DNA of 64,000 nucleotides, from the NCBI GenBank assembly GCA_023334545.1, contig JAADVB010000074.1:8302-72301 (forward strand). The letters are read 5' to 3'. Below, piece after piece: positions 59,946-64,000 of the stretch (positions within the stretch are counted from its first letter, which is position 1; every line of letters starts with the position of its first letter). The notes beneath the pieces are model-generated. The model saw nothing but the letters and a program-made list of their open reading frames with translations, was not told the origin of the DNA and made no database searches. Origin of the DNA: Salisapilia sapeloensis CBS 127946. Lineage: Eukaryota; Protista; Oomycota. The translations under genes were made by a program, and so were the position numbers.

Positions 59946-60581
59946 TTATTCGTCGAACAACGTTTGATCAAGAAATGGAGTCGTCGTATCGAGCAAGCAT
60001 TCCAAGTACTCCATGACGTCCGGAGTGAACATGTCATCTTCGAGTGGAGCAGCATAGATCGATGTGTCTGGAAATGGCAAGTTCGACAGTTCACAGTCAC
60101 TCGAATCGCTAGCAGATTGATCGGTATACATGTCGCGGTCGACCCCCGTGGGACTGTGATAACCGCTTTGCATACTTGAAGGAGAGCTGGTGGGACAACG
60201 TGGGAATGTTGCAAACGGCGACAAAGCATGATGCTTCTTGAGGTGACGATTTACGTTCCCGGTTGTCGTGAAGGTCTTACCGCAATCTGCTACGGGACAG
60301 AGCTTGACGCCTTCTCCTCGATGGTACTGGAGGTGTCGCTCCAGCAGTCGTTGGCTTGGGAAAGCACACTTGCAACCGAGTGTTGGGCACTTTAGCGGCT
60401 CGATTTTGCCATGCAGGTGCTTGTGTCGTGAGAGATTGCCTGAAGTCGCAAACCGCCGACCACATTCTGGAACGGGGCATACATGGCGCTTGAGCTTCGA
60501 TGTGAGCTTCGGCGCAGACTCATTTTCATAGTGCCTGAGACGTTTCATATAGGAAGATTGGGTTTCATGCATCATGGACAT
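59946..60581 (-). CDS. C2H2 zinc-finger transcription factor (3 fingers), intronless
   Basis: CPVPECGRRFATSGNLSRHKHLH, CPTLGCKCAF...HLQYH, CPVADCGKTFTTTGNVNRHLKKHH; S/D/E-rich C-terminus. Confidence 0.92.
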   Translation of the reverse strand: MSMMHETQSSYMKRLRHYENESAPKLTSKLKRHVCPVPECGRRFATSGNLSRHKHLHGKIEPLKCPTLGCKCAFPSQRLLERHLQYHRGEGVKLCPVADCGKTFTTTGNVNRHLKKHHALSPFATFPRCPTSSPSSMQSGYHSPTGVDRDMYTDQSASDSSDCELSNLPFPDTSIYAAPLEDDMFTPDVMEYLECLLDTTTPFLDQTLFDE

Positions 60582-60616
60582 GATTGACGCTTTGGAAGTG
60601 CAAATTCTTTCTAGGT

Positions 60617-60632
60617 AAATTCGAAAGTGAGG
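60617..60632 (-). promoter_or_regulatory. INR+FPR core promoter of the C2H2 gene
   Basis: Minus strand CCTCACTTTCGAATTT about 50 nt upstream of the ATG. Confidence 0.55.
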
Positions 60633-62739
60633 ATTTCGAACGGTGTTTGGAAGAAGGCTGATTGTCAGAACCGTTGGACTCTCCCTGAGGCGGGGGACGC
60701 CCTATTTGCAACAAAACTTTGCAGCCACTCTAAGAAGGCCACTGTATCGATGTGCGACGATCGACTTGATATTGTGATTACGGCCTGCAAATCCCTACTT
60801 TGTATGGAGAGTATAGTGGGACTGGGTAGGACGAGAGGTCGAAGTAGAAAACGTTCTCTCGCGGTAGTGCATGCTGGTGGATGCCGCTGTGGTAAAGAAT
60901 TTGCATCTACCATTTCAATCTGTGTGAAGTTTCCATCCGCAGCTACTATGCCTCTTTTTCGAATACTTCAGCCGTCGTATACCACGTTGGATGCATACGT
61001 ACCCACTGTTTCTACACGTTTGGAACGCTGAATACCACGCTATTTCTAATTGGAGAAACCTATACGCTTCCTCTTGATAGGATTTTTCCGTCATCTAGTG
61101 TACGATCTCACGCCATATGCCCACCCATATACATAAAATGCCCGAGCAAGCGTGAATGCACTTATTCGGAGCGCTTGCATTCAATACAGTCGACTTCCTC
61201 ACTCGAGTCATTGTCTTTTTCTTATAAAGGAATTTCGAAACCTCCGTATACTTTTATCCATACCTGCACAAAGGCATTTCAGAGCGTAGGACGACGATGC
61301 AGTGTGGTATTGTTGACGATCCACCGACCAGGCTATGTCCATCATCTATTTGAGACGGGGCCTCGTTGTCGTCTTCACTCATAGTACTTTTCTATCGCTG
61401 AGGCGGACGCAGAAATCGGTGAGACGCGCGCACCGTGGACACGACTACGGATCAAAGCAAAGTCGATGTAGTAGATACATTCGCGCTCGGTGTCGACAGC
61501 GTGCAGATGGAAATCCATAAGCGCGTGGCACGACAACCGATCCACCACCTTGTATGCAATCGTCTACCATTTAACAAGAGTGTGAATGCGTCAGAGTTTG
61601 GAAAGTAGCAAAACCAACGACAGTGTCCTACACCCATCAAACTGAAGCAAATGATCGACTGCTCGAAGCAATGCTTTGTTGCTGGATGATTGAGTCACGA
61701 TCATTCAGTTCTTCCGTTCCGATAGGCACCGCTATCAACTATTACGTACGTGCTATTCAAACCGAGCACACACGACGCTGCAATACTGTATTTATTCTGC
61801 TTCATAGGGCCAGGACAAGATACTCGAAGATCTATCTAAATTTCAGATACTAACCTACGTGCGACCTTGAAGGGTAGATGATGATGGCATCAACGAATAA
61901 TGATACTGGATTTATGCAAGCTATATGCTTCACTTGGCATTTCATGGATTTGCATCTTTCAATCTAGTTATGGTATCAATCCGGTAGCGCAGTTGGAACG
62001 AATAAGAGTCTTTTTAAGTAATTGAGCCAAAGATGTAGGCAAAGTCGTAGAGCTTCAACATTGACACGTCTTTTAAGTTTCTCTTAGCAAAGCTTGCAAT
62101 CTACCCTTAATAGCATCCACCATGAGTCTTGCAGTAGCTAGCTAGCAATATTTACAATCTATTTATCGTCATTTCGTTGATACAGAATTTCGTATCGATC
62201 TCTTTCTTTACTTCACTAGCTAGTTCCTACTTGAATCGTTCCATCTTTCCTACAAATATATGTATTCTACACAAATAATCTTCAAACTTAGAACCCCCAA
62301 CGTGTCGAATAAAGATTTCGATCTTTTCACTTGGTTTTTTATTTGAAACTCCCATAGTATGAACTTTATTCCTAAACGTATTTCTGGTTTATTATTCAGT
62401 GAGAAGCTGATCTTTTATCCAAACTAGAGATGCGAAAACTGGTCAATGCAATGCTCTTCATTAAATTAGTGGCTCGGAAAGTCACTGGGGGGTCAACTTT
62501 CACCGATCCACCACATGGCATCAGAAATGCTTTTATCGACATTATTTCTATATGCTAGTACTCAAAATACCTCACAGTGTCTAGGGTCGCTTTCATTCTA
62601 TACAAACAGCGTCGTTTTAGTATGTGATTCCTTACTGGTAAGCTATTAAACGAAAAGTTGACTTCAAGCGTTGCTTAAGAAAAAAATCAATTTCGTATGT
62701 ATCATCATTGTGCCAGGTCGGATACTACAGCGTGGTTAT

Positions 62740-63130
62740 TTGTATATCTTTGGCACAAAGCTTTTTTCTCCGAGTTAAGCTTGCTTCCTGTTCAAAGTAT
62801 CTTTGGCTTGGTGAGATTTTTTTGAACACGGTCTATTACACAGCTGCTTTACCTAGGTGCCTAGATCTAGTGAATGTTAATAGTCGGTGGGAGGCATCTT
62901 CAGATAGCGGATAGCGCATAGCGAACAGGAGATAGAGTCTAGTGAGGGGTGGACGTAGGGGCATCAGGTATGCCCAATGGCCCGTACCTATACCGTTGTC
63001 TTATGTCATCCGGAAGTAAGTTCTGGACTGCCTTAAATTCCGGTCGTAAGTCCGTAGCAAGCGTATGAAAACTTGTTCGAGTATCCATAGCCACATTAGC
63101 TGCATGGTCAGCCATTTCTTGCTTGGTGAG
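62740..63130 (-). mobile_element. Degraded retrotransposon RNase H fragment (copy 2)
   Basis: Translates EMADHAANVAMDTRTSFHTLATDLRPEF...GPLGIP; shares the exact 18-mer CGACTATTAACATTCACT with copy 1 at matching spacing. Confidence 0.65.
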
Positions 63131-64000
63131 GCTTCTGTCCCCTTTATCTTTTAAACGTTAATTATTACCGGCTATTTTGGACTTTGTTTTAAATCCTCAG
63201 TCTGACAATCGAATGTCGTCGATTTACAAGCGTAACAAATTATTATAATGAACGATTGATACTGCTGCAAGAACACACCAATACACGTATTTGCAGGAAG
63301 GTTAGCTGTATGTGTATTTCACTTACATTCATGGGATTCTTTTGTCACTCCTGAACTTATGGATTGTGTTGCACACTTCATTTTGAAAAGGAGACTTTTT
63401 AAAAGGATGAAAGTTTGTCGTATATTGCGTTATGTCTTGCTTGAATTTCAGCAGCGACAACTAGTAATTAGCGCCTTAAACTATGCATTATACGTCATAA
63501 CAGGCACTACTCAATCTAGTGTTGGTTGCGCTTGAAAGCGGTCGCCGTATTGACATCTTTTACTTGCAAGTTGAAGCTACCTTCAGCCTAACTTCAATAA
63601 GTTCTTCATTTGGCTCGGAACAGCAAGAGATGCAAGAAGATCCGAAATCAAGCACTTTGATTAGGACTCCATTGCAGGTGTATCTGTAGGAAGGGCCCCA
63701 CTTTTAAAATGTTTCAGTAAGACGAGTACCCACTTTTGGCAAGTTTATCCGAGGTAGGTAAGCGTCCTTATTTGTCAAAATAGTGCTTACTCTTATCACT
63801 TTTTGGACGCTTGCAGGACAATGAGTTATAGTACCCCTTTTGGAAAAAGCTGTCCTGCGGATCTTGGATCCTTGTACCACACCAAGGCCGACGGCGTACC
63901 GAAAGCGTGCCATTTACACGGAACACGGAAGCATGAGCAAGATATGCCTCTCTAGAGCCGAGATGCACATATTGCTAGATCCAGCAGGGATCCTCGTTGC

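Noticed and set aside
45573-60581. Seven consecutive minus-strand genes over 15 kb
   Set aside because: Unrelated functions, individual promoters and a probability not far from chance; no support for polycistronic transcription.
62485-62665. GGGGGGTCAACTTT...AAAAGTTGAC, faintly like the ends of the 5524-5745 element
   Set aside because: Only 9 bp of true inverted match and no internal symmetry; too weak to call.
63704-63968. ORFs at the window end containing GVVQGS, reminiscent of the reverse transcriptase motif GVPQGS
   Set aside because: No YADD motif, and the distance to the RNase H relic is too short for an RT-RNase H layout.
1-64000. CRISPR arrays, rRNA, RxLR or Crinkler effector motifs, C/D snoRNAs
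   Set aside because: None was found by eye; candidate C boxes lacked properly spaced D boxes.

Overview
This is eukaryotic, gene-dense DNA, almost certainly from a zoosporic oomycete (stramenopile). Evidence: short GT-AG introns of about 50-80 nt, oomycete INR+FPR core promoters, oomycete-typical families (START-like/FYVE, two-domain GSTs, SDHYMSDG acyltransferase, TSGNLSRH C2H2 fingers) and flagellar genes (DNAAF4, MORN5). I can support about 27 protein-coding genes. Housekeeping and ciliary genes are tightly packed, with convergent gaps down to 21 bp. Secreted and metabolic genes (fungal-type carboxylesterase, two acid lipases, acyltransferase, two GSTs, a trypsin-fold protease) sit in looser DNA containing transposon debris. 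The most interesting observations are: a 222-bp foldback element in the ALDH promoter; an intronless fungal-like esterase (HGT candidate) inside a lipid/ester-metabolism island; adjacent lipase paralogs that share no intron position; an apparently mitochondrion-targeted topoisomerase II; a trypsin with an unusual K189/D226 pocket; a stop-free 54-nt intron inside a FYVE finger; a candidate 3-exon micro-gene missed by the ORF track; and two dispersed retroelement RNase H relics. No rRNA, tRNA or CRISPR was found. Exon boundaries and family calls were read by eye with no database search.
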